Virus record (IMG/VR): IMGVR_UViG_3300025889_000092
Location: 17,808 to 81,807 of that record
DNA: 64,000 nucleotides
Strand: one strand, 5' to 3'
DNA from: a virus
The translations under genes and the position numbers were made by a program. The notes beneath the pieces are model-generated. The model was given only the letters and a program-made list of their open reading frames with translations. It had not been told where the DNA came from and did not search any database. Shown in pieces: positions 29,686 through 38,212 of the stretch. How positions within the stretch are numbered: the stretch's first letter is position 1; each line of letters opens with the position of its first letter.

Positions 29686-30195
29686 ATGACAGACCGGGCG
29701 ATTTTTAATCGGAAGTACACTTCCTTTACTTCTGGCAGTACGTCTGTCTTTCTCGTTAACGGAGCTGGGGTTACCACCCAGTTGTCTCCTACCGAGGACT
29801 TTACTGCTGGTGAAGATTTACTTCAAGGCGATTTTGTTTACGTAAGCGGCGTTTCTGTCTTTAAAGCAAGCGCCCTCAGCGGTCTTGCAGCTACTAACTA
29901 CGCTGCAATTGGCGCAACTGCGGCAGCGGCTTCTATTGGTGGCACCGTTTCCGTTAATTTAGACAGCATTGTTGTCCTGGGTGATGCCAACATTACGGCT
30001 GATTCCGCGCTTATTCCTGGTGAGTACTATTATCTTTCTAAGTATTCAGGGCAAGTTACAAGGTTCTCCACGGCGTCGGGTACTATTTCAAACTCCGGTA
30101 CCCTCCAGTATCAGGTCGTCGCCCCCGTGGGACAAGCCTTAAGCACTTCGGAGCTCGAGGTTGAGATTCAGCCCGTTACCATCATTTTTGATTAA
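29686..30195 (+). CDS. Virion structural protein (paralogue of 24346)
   Basis: AGEDLLQGDFV, LIPGEYYYL, VGQALS. Confidence 0.65.
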   Translation: MTDRAIFNRKYTSFTSGSTSVFLVNGAGVTTQLSPTEDFTAGEDLLQGDFVYVSGVSVFKASALSGLAATNYAAIGATAAAASIGGTVSVNLDSIVVLGDANITADSALIPGEYYYLSKYSGQVTRFSTASGTISNSGTLQYQVVAPVGQALSTSELEVEIQPVTIIFD

Positions 30196-30827
30196 TAGTT
30201 CTCACTTAGTGTTTTTATAAGAGTGTTCAGAAGCATTCGGGAGTCATTGTCTTCTCCCGTAGCCGTGTTTTTATCGAACTCAAGTTCTTGATTAAACGTG
30301 TAGTGAAGAAAAATTTGCTTGACCCACTTTTGCTGGCATTTTTCTCGCCAGTGTGGCAGCTCCATACCCATGTAGATGATTCCGTCACCTATTTCAGGTT
30401 TACCTGAATACGTGACTTCCTGCTGTTTGTTCTCGAAAAATATCTCCCAGGGTTGACTCTTATCGTGCATATCCAAGCATATAGAGATACTTAACTCACA
30501 TTCAGGTCTGTCTATATGTTTTTTTAAGTCTTGAAATTTATAGTATTTTCTGTAAAACCCGTATGTGCTGTAAATACTTTCTAATTCTAGTTTATTTTTA
30601 AGTTTTTCGAGAACTATACTGTTTGCTATTTTTGTTCCTACTGAGTTGTAGACTTCTCTGGAACCTTCAACTTGATTAGAGTTTGTTTTTACTGCTTTTA
30701 GTATATCTAACTCAGTTTGTATGCTGAGGTACTTACAAAGATCATAATCAAGAATGTTTTTTACTAGACAGCACCTGTTACTAGAGAAGTCTTTGATATT
30801 TTCAGATATTTGTGTGATGCCTGCCAT
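30192..30827 (-). CDS. 2OG-Fe(II) oxygenase
   Basis: LKKHIDRPECELSISI, GD.IIY.G.ELPHWRE, QIFLHY. Confidence 0.85.
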   Translation of the reverse strand: MAGITQISENIKDFSSNRCCLVKNILDYDLCKYLSIQTELDILKAVKTNSNQVEGSREVYNSVGTKIANSIVLEKLKNKLELESIYSTYGFYRKYYKFQDLKKHIDRPECELSISICLDMHDKSQPWEIFFENKQQEVTYSGKPEIGDGIIYMGMELPHWREKCQQKWVKQIFLHYTFNQELEFDKNTATGEDNDSRMLLNTLIKTLSENY

Positions 30828-30878
30828 AATCTTTTTAAGTAGATTTATAATGTAGCTACACAGGAGATTAGCGGCAAA

Positions 30879-31277
30879 GTGACGTTAAGAAAACCCCTCG
30901 TCATTATTAGTGGTTTATCTTCTCAGTTGCCTCCTGGCGACACCATCGAAGGGGCCGCTGTTTCAAGCACTGCAACAGCAGGCAGCGGCCTTTCTGGAGG
31001 GGGCGCGGTCGGAAGCGACTTTAGATATGACGTAGTTCTAGCGGCGAGTGCAAGCGGACTGATCTTTACTCCTGGCGCAAGCGGCCTAGGTATTGACGGT
31101 TCGGCAATTGCGTCCGGCAATGCTGCGCTTAGCCTCGGCAATACCGCTTTATCCTCAGGTAACGCAGCCCTTGTGGACGCTTCGACCGCCCAAGCATCGG
31201 GTAATGCCGCATTGGCTGCGGTAGCAACTAAACCGACGACCGCTTCTGTCGTTGGTTTGATTATTGCTCTCGGCTAA
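30879..31277 (+). CDS. Small fibre protein with ASGNAAL repeats
   Basis: TAGSGLSGGG; C-terminal IIALG. Confidence 0.65.
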   Translation: MTLRKPLVIISGLSSQLPPGDTIEGAAVSSTATAGSGLSGGGAVGSDFRYDVVLAASASGLIFTPGASGLGIDGSAIASGNAALSLGNTALSSGNAALVDASTAQASGNAALAAVATKPTTASVVGLIIALG

Positions 31278-31318
31278 TTGTTCTGAAGCTGCTATAATTT
31301 TTGTAAGGAGGCCACATC

Positions 31319-31642
31319 ATGTCAGCTTTTGTCGCTTCGGGTGTTGACTTACCTGGAACGGAGCCTTTAACCGTCTTAAGGAACGCCAACTACGATCAAG
31401 TAGTTCTTAGTATTCTTGGGGCAAATACTGGCGCTAGTCCCGTTAACTTAGATCTTACTGTTTCCGGTTCTACTACCGGTTACAAATATCTTTTTAAGAA
31501 TAATCAGGTCGCTGCCGGTAACTCGACAGATTACGTCGCAAATAAATATATACTTCCCTCGGGCTGTGAGCTTCAAAGTCGTGCTTCTGCAAGCGGCACA
31601 GTTACTATGTTTACGAGCTCGTATTTGGTCGATTACCCCTAA
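31319..31642 (+). CDS. Small virion protein
   Basis: Beta-rich 107 aa following an IALG-ending fibre gene, a common phage gene pair. Confidence 0.6.
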   Translation: MSAFVASGVDLPGTEPLTVLRNANYDQVVLSILGANTGASPVNLDLTVSGSTTGYKYLFKNNQVAAGNSTDYVANKYILPSGCELQSRASASGTVTMFTSSYLVDYP

Positions 31643-32733
31643 TGTCTAACCGTTGGGAACGCGGTCAATCACCGCCGTATACGCTTTCTCGGCTTACGAC
31701 CGGGGGCACTGTAATTGCGAGTAGCACCGCTCTCGAGAGTTCCCAAACGGGTAATTCTCAACTTTCTATTGCCGGTCAAATTGTTCCTTATTTCAACTCT
31801 GTTTTCCATCAAGGTGACGGTGAAGCGGCTGTCTCTGGTTATGTTACCCCTAGTGGCCAAACTTTAAGCCGCACTAATTACGCAGCGCTATACGGACGCA
31901 TTTCGACTACTTGGGGAGTAGGGGACGGAGTCAATACCTTTAATGTTCCCAAAGTTGATGGCGGCGTAAGTTTGCAATGCGCTACAGCTCCTTCAGTTCC
32001 TAAACCTGTCGGTACTGTTTCTTCTGGCACCTTCCCGGTTCATACTCATAACATTCTTATAGCGCCTAGTCCTGCATACAATTGCCCCTATATACCTAAT
32101 TTTGGCGGCCCTAATGGGTTCGATCCGACTGGAAACAACGAAATTTACCCCTCGACTAGAACCGTTAATCCTATTCCCGTCAGCAACCCGAACCCACTAT
32201 CAATAAATGCAAACTCCCGCATGATCGGGACCCTTTCGGCTACCGCACTGGCTGTTCAGGATTCTAATGTTCTTCCGATAGGAACGATCATTGGTTACAT
32301 AGGTACGTCTACTAACTGGGATAATACTGTTTACCCTTGGCTTCTTTGCGACGGTTCCGCGTATCAACGCGCTGATTATCCAGCTCTTTATGCACTGTGG
32401 GGAACTACGTTCGGCTCCTCTTCATCTACAAATTTTTTAGTTCCTAATTTACAAGGAAGATTTATATACCACGGTAACCAGTACACTGGTCAGTATGAAA
32501 GTTTGTCAATTAATCCATCTACGATATTTCAAAATATTGGCGAGATGATGCCCCAGCATATTCACGCTCTCAGTAGCCCTCGTAGTATTGCAGCTAACGA
32601 TACTCGACAGAAAAACCCAGCTAGCACTGGTTCTGACGGTGCCCCTGTGCTTGTTAGTACCGTAAGCACTGGACCGGGAACCCAGTCTGTACCCGGTAAT
32701 GCTTCTGTTCTTTGGCTGGTGAAGGCGTCATGA
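31642..32733 (+). CDS. Protein with two phage tail-collar domains
   Basis: GQTLSRTNYAALY..I...WG.GDG..TFNVP and WLLCDGS.Y....YPALY...F.VPNLQGRF. Confidence 0.85.
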   Translation: MSNRWERGQSPPYTLSRLTTGGTVIASSTALESSQTGNSQLSIAGQIVPYFNSVFHQGDGEAAVSGYVTPSGQTLSRTNYAALYGRISTTWGVGDGVNTFNVPKVDGGVSLQCATAPSVPKPVGTVSSGTFPVHTHNILIAPSPAYNCPYIPNFGGPNGFDPTGNNEIYPSTRTVNPIPVSNPNPLSINANSRMIGTLSATALAVQDSNVLPIGTIIGYIGTSTNWDNTVYPWLLCDGSAYQRADYPALYALWGTTFGSSSSTNFLVPNLQGRFIYHGNQYTGQYESLSINPSTIFQNIGEMMPQHIHALSSPRSIAANDTRQKNPASTGSDGAPVLVSTVSTGPGTQSVPGNASVLWLVKAS

Positions 32734-33269
32734 TTATTGGAGCCCTTATTACAGTTGCCTGGGACACAGGCGGCAACATTTTTACCGATGCTTTGGGTCG
32801 ATTGTGGAAACGACCTGACGGGTCTTCTCTTTTAATTGCGGATTATCCTGATCTCTATGCCGTTATTGGAACTCGTTATGGTAGCGCTACAGCTTTAGAT
32901 TTTAAGCTCCCTAATTTCACCACACGTTTTGTACGTGGCTGGGATCCAGCAGCATCAATTGATGTTGATGCCGCATCAAGGACGATTCCTGGCCCAGGAG
33001 CCACAAGTGCGGACGCTGGTACTGTACAACCTGAGATCGTACGGACACACTCTCACTATGGTTTTGATGCGGGTCGGTTTGTTAGGACTGACATTCCCGG
33101 CACCTGGGCCGACCCAGGAGCCGTTAATGTATATGGTTCAGGACCCAATTTTCCGAGTCCTACAACCGCTACAACTATTAGCGGGTATACAACCAACCGT
33201 GTGAATTACACCCCTGACGGCTTCAAGCCTTATCATATGGTTGTAGACTTCTTAATCAGAATAAAGTAA
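32730..33269 (+). CDS. Tail-collar domain protein
   Basis: Likely ATG 32730 (ATGA overlap); DGS.L...DYPDLYAVIGTRYG...FKLPN...FVRGWD. Confidence 0.85.
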   Translation: MIIGALITVAWDTGGNIFTDALGRLWKRPDGSSLLIADYPDLYAVIGTRYGSATALDFKLPNFTTRFVRGWDPAASIDVDAASRTIPGPGATSADAGTVQPEIVRTHSHYGFDAGRFVRTDIPGTWADPGAVNVYGSGPNFPSPTTATTISGYTTNRVNYTPDGFKPYHMVVDFLIRIK

Positions 33270-33796
33270 TGACTACTTTTTTCCGCAAAGGAGAGCAACC
33301 GAGTCCTCTTCCGGATGTCTATACCGATGATTCCGGCACAAGCTATACCAACCTCTATAGCTTATCCGAGGCACAGCTTAATTTATTAGGTTTTTATAAG
33401 GGCGCTGATGCACCTATTTTGAGTGATTTATTCCACTCTTTTGCCGAGTGGAGTTTACAAGATGAACAGTGGGAAATTCGTGATCGTATTTATGACGATC
33501 GTTTGAATATTTTTACCGGCATGATTAACGATCACGTTAATCAGTGGCGTAAAATTATGCGTACATTTGAACTTCAAGTACTTACAGGGGATTATGAAAC
33601 CGAAGCAGATCTCCAAAAGCTTAAAGATTCTATTACCTGGGTTAAACAAAAAATAGTTTCTTTAGAAAACATAACGTACAGGAACTGGCAGGAACCCAGC
33701 GTGGCTGGCTTTGCTTCTGACCAGGACTATAATCCAGAAGCATTCAACTTCATGGATAATGAGCCTGAACCCTCCTTCAGTAGAGTTGGAAGCTGA
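33269..33796 (+). CDS. Putative tail fibre assembly protein
   Basis: Follows the collar genes; P.PLP...T....L...GF motif. Confidence 0.5.
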   Translation: MTTFFRKGEQPSPLPDVYTDDSGTSYTNLYSLSEAQLNLLGFYKGADAPILSDLFHSFAEWSLQDEQWEIRDRIYDDRLNIFTGMINDHVNQWRKIMRTFELQVLTGDYETEADLQKLKDSITWVKQKIVSLENITYRNWQEPSVAGFASDQDYNPEAFNFMDNEPEPSFSRVGS

Positions 33797-34385
33797 GCTT
33801 GAGGAGCTTTACGAAGCATTTATAAATTCTTATTTTTTTTCTGACGGTAAAGACAATTTCTTAGGTTATAGGAGTATGGATGTGGCTCCGTTTGTCTTGG
33901 AGCCACGTTCTTCTTTTTTACTTGAAATTCCTATAAAGTGCCCGATTTTATCTAATTTTTTGCAGGTCTATAAAAACCGCTATATGTGGTTTCAAGGGTC
34001 GTCTTGCGAACGTATTACTGCTGAGGACAGAAAGAGCTCGAAGTATAAACCTTTTTGGACAATTCTTGATAATTTTTTTGAAGATTCGGCTAGGCAGTAT
34101 CAACGTTTTTATAATTTACCTGATTTATACGGGATGTTTGAAACCTTTGACGTTTGTTCCACAGCTCAATCTCTAAATTTTACCTTTAATGGCATAATTG
34201 ATAACTATAAAATTGCCTGTTTAGTTAATTTCGGGAGTAGTGATCTATCTAACGTATTTATTAATTATCCCGACGTACAAATTAAGTCCAATTTTTTATA
34301 CTTATTTCCTTCTTCTTTTACACACAGTTTAAGCTCTAGTTTTTGTGCTGAAGAGATTTTTACATTATTAGGAGGGTTCGCATGA
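33759..34385 (+). CDS. Degenerate 2OG-Fe(II) oxygenase-like protein
   Basis: Retains LFPSSFTH; no HxD motif seen. Confidence 0.45.
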   Translation: MSLNPPSVELEAELEELYEAFINSYFFSDGKDNFLGYRSMDVAPFVLEPRSSFLLEIPIKCPILSNFLQVYKNRYMWFQGSSCERITAEDRKSSKYKPFWTILDNFFEDSARQYQRFYNLPDLYGMFETFDVCSTAQSLNFTFNGIIDNYKIACLVNFGSSDLSNVFINYPDVQIKSNFLYLFPSSFTHSLSSSFCAEEIFTLLGGFA

Positions 34386-34996
34386 AAAGTTTAAATTTGA
34401 CTCGATTAAAACAAGCCCCTAATTTAAAATCCTACATTCGCTATTCTGAAAACTTTTGTTCGCTACATTTTTGTGAAAAATTAATTAAAGAAAGTAAGCA
34501 CAGACGAGATAATCACTCTGTCGTGGGAGGGAATGTAAAAAACACAAATATTCGTGATGCATGCGACATTAGTTTTTCCTTTGAAGATCCTCTACGGAAT
34601 GAACTTGAACAGTACTTTACTGAACAGATGCTGGCTTATGTAGAAGCTTATGAGTTTACGGCTTTGAACACCGATCAACTTTTTCCAGAAATTTGTATTG
34701 TATCGTATAACAATCAGAGGGGCTACATACCTCATGTAGACGCTAATAGACCTTTTAACGAAAAAAAACAAACTCGTTTTATAAGTATTGTTGCGTACTT
34801 TAATGATGACTACACAGGAGGCGATGTTTATTTTCCAAATATCGGTGTTTCTTTTAAACCTAAACAGGGTTCTTGTTTAATTTTTCCGAGTGACGACCTC
34901 TTTGTTCACGGAGTGAAACCTGTGAGGGGGTTTAAACTTATATCACCTTGTTGGTTTCACAGTAAAGTTACTGGTATCAATCCATTCGGCTTTTGA
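34382..34996 (+). CDS. 2OG-Fe(II) oxygenase (prolyl-hydroxylase-like)
   Basis: HVD, YFNDDYTGGD..F, KPKQG..LIFP, HGVKPV. Confidence 0.9.
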   Translation: MKSLNLTRLKQAPNLKSYIRYSENFCSLHFCEKLIKESKHRRDNHSVVGGNVKNTNIRDACDISFSFEDPLRNELEQYFTEQMLAYVEAYEFTALNTDQLFPEICIVSYNNQRGYIPHVDANRPFNEKKQTRFISIVAYFNDDYTGGDVYFPNIGVSFKPKQGSCLIFPSDDLFVHGVKPVRGFKLISPCWFHSKVTGINPFGF

Positions 34997-35461
34997 GCAG
35001 AACTTAAGTTCAAACATAAGTATATTTTGCGGCGTATCAGGCTTTAATTTTAAACCTTTTTTACATAAGATTAAGTCTCCTGCAGAGTACTGTATTGCTG
35101 CGTCGTCTTCAAGATTATTATCTATTACTATAGTTGCTTTACTTGTTTCGCATTTAGTTCTGGTTCTTAGAATTACAAATCCGGTGTAATCGTATTCTGC
35201 CTCCAATACTGCAGCTTTACAGTGCGTAAGTTTATTGATTTTTACAGTAGTTTCTGTTAAAGAATATATATTCATAGACGCAATGTTTGACACTATATTT
35301 TTCTCTTCTTCTGTTAGGTCTAAGTCGTCTTTTCTAAGAGATATAAATTGACACAATTGCCTATCTAGTAGACGGTTGTACGTAATATAAGGTTCGGATT
35401 CGAGCTTATCGAATTCGAGCTCCGAGCTTACAAACGGAATACAAGCTCCCGACCAGGGCAT
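34943..35461 (-). CDS. Hypothetical protein (possible degenerate oxygenase)
   Basis: N-terminus resembles 30192; AT-rich. Confidence 0.4.
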   Translation of the reverse strand: MPWSGACIPFVSSELEFDKLESEPYITYNRLLDRQLCQFISLRKDDLDLTEEEKNIVSNIASMNIYSLTETTVKINKLTHCKAAVLEAEYDYTGFVILRTRTKCETSKATIVIDNNLEDDAAIQYSAGDLILCKKGLKLKPDTPQNILMFELKFCSKAEWIDTSNFTVKPTR

Positions 35462-35478
35462 CTGTTCTTAGTTGCACT

Positions 35479-36024
35479 ATGGAAATTCTAACCTTAGGTA
35501 CTCAAAAAATAGGACATCAAAATTTAACTATTGAGGAGAGCGACGCTCTTTTGAGCTTGTGCTTAAATGACGAGGACCAGTGGGACAACAGCCCTTTTCT
35601 TGCGGGGGTAGTTACTTCGCAAATAGCCCTTAGTGATTGTGACGCTATTTTGTCTCTCCTGAAGAATAAGATAAGCGTTTATGCGCGTTCCCAAGGAATG
35701 CCTTTAACTTTTTCTTTAAAAAAATGCTGGTATAACGTTATGAGACCAGGGGATTTTAATCCCCTGCACGATCACTCGGGTGATCTCTCTTTTATAGTTA
35801 CTTTTGAAGCTTCACAGGAGCTCCGTGAAGAGCAAAAACAAAACGATCACCCAGGACAGCTGTGGTTTTACGCACCTTCTTTTTATGGCACGATTGTAGG
35901 GCTAAAAGCTTCGACTGAAGGATCAAATTTTTACATATTTAACTCGACATTGGATCATGCTGTATACCCCTTTAGAAGCGAGACCTTACGTTATTCTTTA
36001 GCAGGTAATTTAGTCTTTAATTAG
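35479..36024 (+). CDS. 2OG-Fe(II) oxygenase (TIGR02466-like)
   Basis: WYN...GDFNPLHDH, LSF, L.HAVYPF...R.S..GN. Confidence 0.85.
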   Translation: MEILTLGTQKIGHQNLTIEESDALLSLCLNDEDQWDNSPFLAGVVTSQIALSDCDAILSLLKNKISVYARSQGMPLTFSLKKCWYNVMRPGDFNPLHDHSGDLSFIVTFEASQELREEQKQNDHPGQLWFYAPSFYGTIVGLKASTEGSNFYIFNSTLDHAVYPFRSETLRYSLAGNLVFN

Positions 36025-36082
36025 CGTTTTTCTCATTTAAATTTTCGCGACTAAACTTAATTGGATTTTATGACTTACCTCG

Positions 36083-36424
36083 TTGGACCTCAAGCACTTT
36101 ACTTTAGATCTTATTGGTGCTGATAAAACCTTGTTAGATGATGAGGACTATATACGTTCAATCTTAAAAAAAGCAATCGGAAAAGCCAACGCTTCACTTA
36201 TACAGTTACGAAGCCATAAATTCGATCCTCAAGGTCTCACTGCTTTTGCGATTCTTGCAGAATCTCACGTATCTATACACACATGGCCCGAAATTAATTT
36301 TGCCGCCGTGGACTTTTTTACTTGCGGAGAGCACACCAAACCAGAGGAAGCGTGTGAGTATATTTCATCAGCATTGAAAGCTAAGTCGCACAGTATATTC
36401 TTTGTCGAAAGATTTTCTCCATAA
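36083..36424 (+). CDS. speD: S-adenosylmethionine decarboxylase proenzyme
   Basis: HKFDPQGLT...LAESHVSIHTWPE...AAVDFFTCG. Confidence 0.95.
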   Translation: MDLKHFTLDLIGADKTLLDDEDYIRSILKKAIGKANASLIQLRSHKFDPQGLTAFAILAESHVSIHTWPEINFAAVDFFTCGEHTKPEEACEYISSALKAKSHSIFFVERFSP

Positions 36425-36482
36425 TTCCTTCTTATTTACGTATTGCATCTGACTAAAATAAAATAAACTTGCGCACAGATTT

Positions 36483-36914
36483 GTGAGCGAGTCTGATTTA
36501 GTCTTTAACCTTCAGTGTCTCCAGAGACGTACTGCAAGGAAACGTTTCCGTAAAGATATTCTCGACGCTTGGAATAATTTTTGCGCCTATTGCGGTTCAG
36601 ATCGCGCTTACACCCTCGATCATATAGTACCAAGGGCCAAGGGCGGTTCGACCAAGCGAGGTAATCTGCTTGCATGCTGCCCTACCTGTAACCTTCAAAA
36701 GTCCGACACCGAGTGGCTCCTCTGGTTTAGATCGCAGACTTTTTGGGATCACGAACGTGAGCTCACTATCTGGAACTGGCTGAGCTACAACCACGAAAGT
36801 AATATTGCTGCTCGCGAATACGAAGAAGCGTGCCGAGAGCCCTTAAAACTCCCGGCACACGACGAGATTGAAGAGGAATCAACGCTTAGCGAGCTTGGAG
36901 ATGATGCCAGCTAA
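36483..36914 (+). CDS. HNH endonuclease
   Basis: CAYCG..TLDHIVPRAKGG....NL..CC..CN..K. Confidence 0.9.
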   Translation: MSESDLVFNLQCLQRRTARKRFRKDILDAWNNFCAYCGSDRAYTLDHIVPRAKGGSTKRGNLLACCPTCNLQKSDTEWLLWFRSQTFWDHERELTIWNWLSYNHESNIAAREYEEACREPLKLPAHDEIEEESTLSELGDDAS

Positions 36915-37067
36915 CATCTCGATGATTCGATAGTACTTAGCGACAGCCTCGTCGTCCTTGGGGGTAGGAGTCAAGTTCACGATGGTGAGTGCGAGTGCAT
37001 GCACCGCAAACATGATCGCGAGGATTTGTTGAGCGTGGGCAATAAATTGATCCATGGTGTCTAACAC
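36879..37067 (-). CDS. Holin-like small membrane protein
   Basis: TM helix followed by LTPTPKDD motif. Confidence 0.55.
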   Translation of the reverse strand: MLDTMDQFIAHAQQILAIMFAVHALALTIVNLTPTPKDDEAVAKYYRIIEMLAGIISKLAKR

Positions 37068-37076
37068 CTTCTGGAT

Positions 37077-37400
37077 TTAGTTTAAAGGATCCCGTTTGAA
37101 ATTACTTTTTATTTCTATCGCTCCACCTAGAAGTTCTTGTGCCTTGGATCCGTCTGGCTCGTGCTCGACTACTAAGAATTTGGGAAGCTCTTGTCCCTCC
37201 CAGTACTTTTTTAGCTGTTCTGCTTCTCTATCTACATCTTTTAAAGTAAGCTCGACCTTCCAAAGTATCCAGTCGTGCCTACAGTAGTTTAAAACCATCC
37301 TTACAATTTTATTGTTTTTTATGCTCTTAAATTTATTTCTTAAAGTATATAAAACTTCGTACAATAAAGCGAACCAGATGTTGTACTCAGAATTTTCCAT
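37077..37400 (-). CDS. Hypothetical protein (lysis region)
   Basis: ORF track. Confidence 0.6.
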   Translation of the reverse strand: MENSEYNIWFALLYEVLYTLRNKFKSIKNNKIVRMVLNYCRHDWILWKVELTLKDVDREAEQLKKYWEGQELPKFLVVEHEPDGSKAQELLGGAIEIKSNFKRDPLN

Positions 37401-37656
37401 TTACTTTACTCATTATTAGTTGATCTAGTTTGTCATCAATATGATTTAATCGATCTTTGATTTCACTTAATCCTGTATTTAAGTCGTTCTTAGAAGCGTA
37501 AGTTAAGGGGATTGCGTTTATATCCTGTTCAATACAGTCTATTCTTCTATTTATGTTTTTAAATCTGTCGTTTAGAACGCCCTGACGCTGTTGGTGAGAC
37601 CACGTCATAAGCCCAATAGCCGTTGCCAGAATAGCTACTACAGCTTCAGCACCCAC
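37387..37656 (-). CDS. Membrane-anchored coiled-coil (holin-like) protein
   Basis: N-terminal TM; YASK.DL...I.DRL..ID.KLDQL. Confidence 0.6.
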   Translation of the reverse strand: MGAEAVVAILATAIGLMTWSHQQRQGVLNDRFKNINRRIDCIEQDINAIPLTYASKNDLNTGLSEIKDRLNHIDDKLDQLIMSKVNGKF

Positions 37657-37749
37657 AGTCGTTTTGTCTCTCTTGTAATTTTAATAGAGCCCATAACTAA
37701 TCAGTAGGAATTTTTCGTTTAAACTAAAGATATCTAACAGCCGCACATC

Positions 37750-38148
37750 ATGGCACAAACTACTTTTAACCGTGAATTAGGTGCTGCGCCTGCGGGTATA
37801 AGTCGGTTTGGGCAGGTTCGCACTGAGGATGGTTTGAACGTAACTGTTGATAGCTACCGAGCTTTTGCTGGTGATGGTAAATATCCCCTCTCGGATGTTT
37901 ACACCATCACTTACGGCGCAACTGGAACTGCCACTTTCCTCTTGGACGCGGAAGCTTTCGGTGTGACGGGCTTTACCATCGTGGGCTCTGATGGCGTTTC
38001 TGACGGTTCATATACCGCTCCGAAAACCAGCCGTCGCCAAAGTGGCGGGGTGGGCATCTCGGCTTCTTCCGGCGATACAGCAACTCTTTATGTGCATCGC
38101 TCCGACCGTAGTGCATCTGAGTATCGCATGACCATGTTGGTCGCTTAA
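37750..38148 (+). CDS. Putative virion protein
   Basis: G/S/T-rich; own -10 box. Confidence 0.5.
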   Translation: MAQTTFNRELGAAPAGISRFGQVRTEDGLNVTVDSYRAFAGDGKYPLSDVYTITYGATGTATFLLDAEAFGVTGFTIVGSDGVSDGSYTAPKTSRRQSGGVGISASSGDTATLYVHRSDRSASEYRMTMLVA

Positions 38149-38212
38149 TTTATAAAGTTTTCACCCATTTTTGATCGGTTTTTGCCAAAGTAATTGAGGT
38201 TAAAGCCGATCA

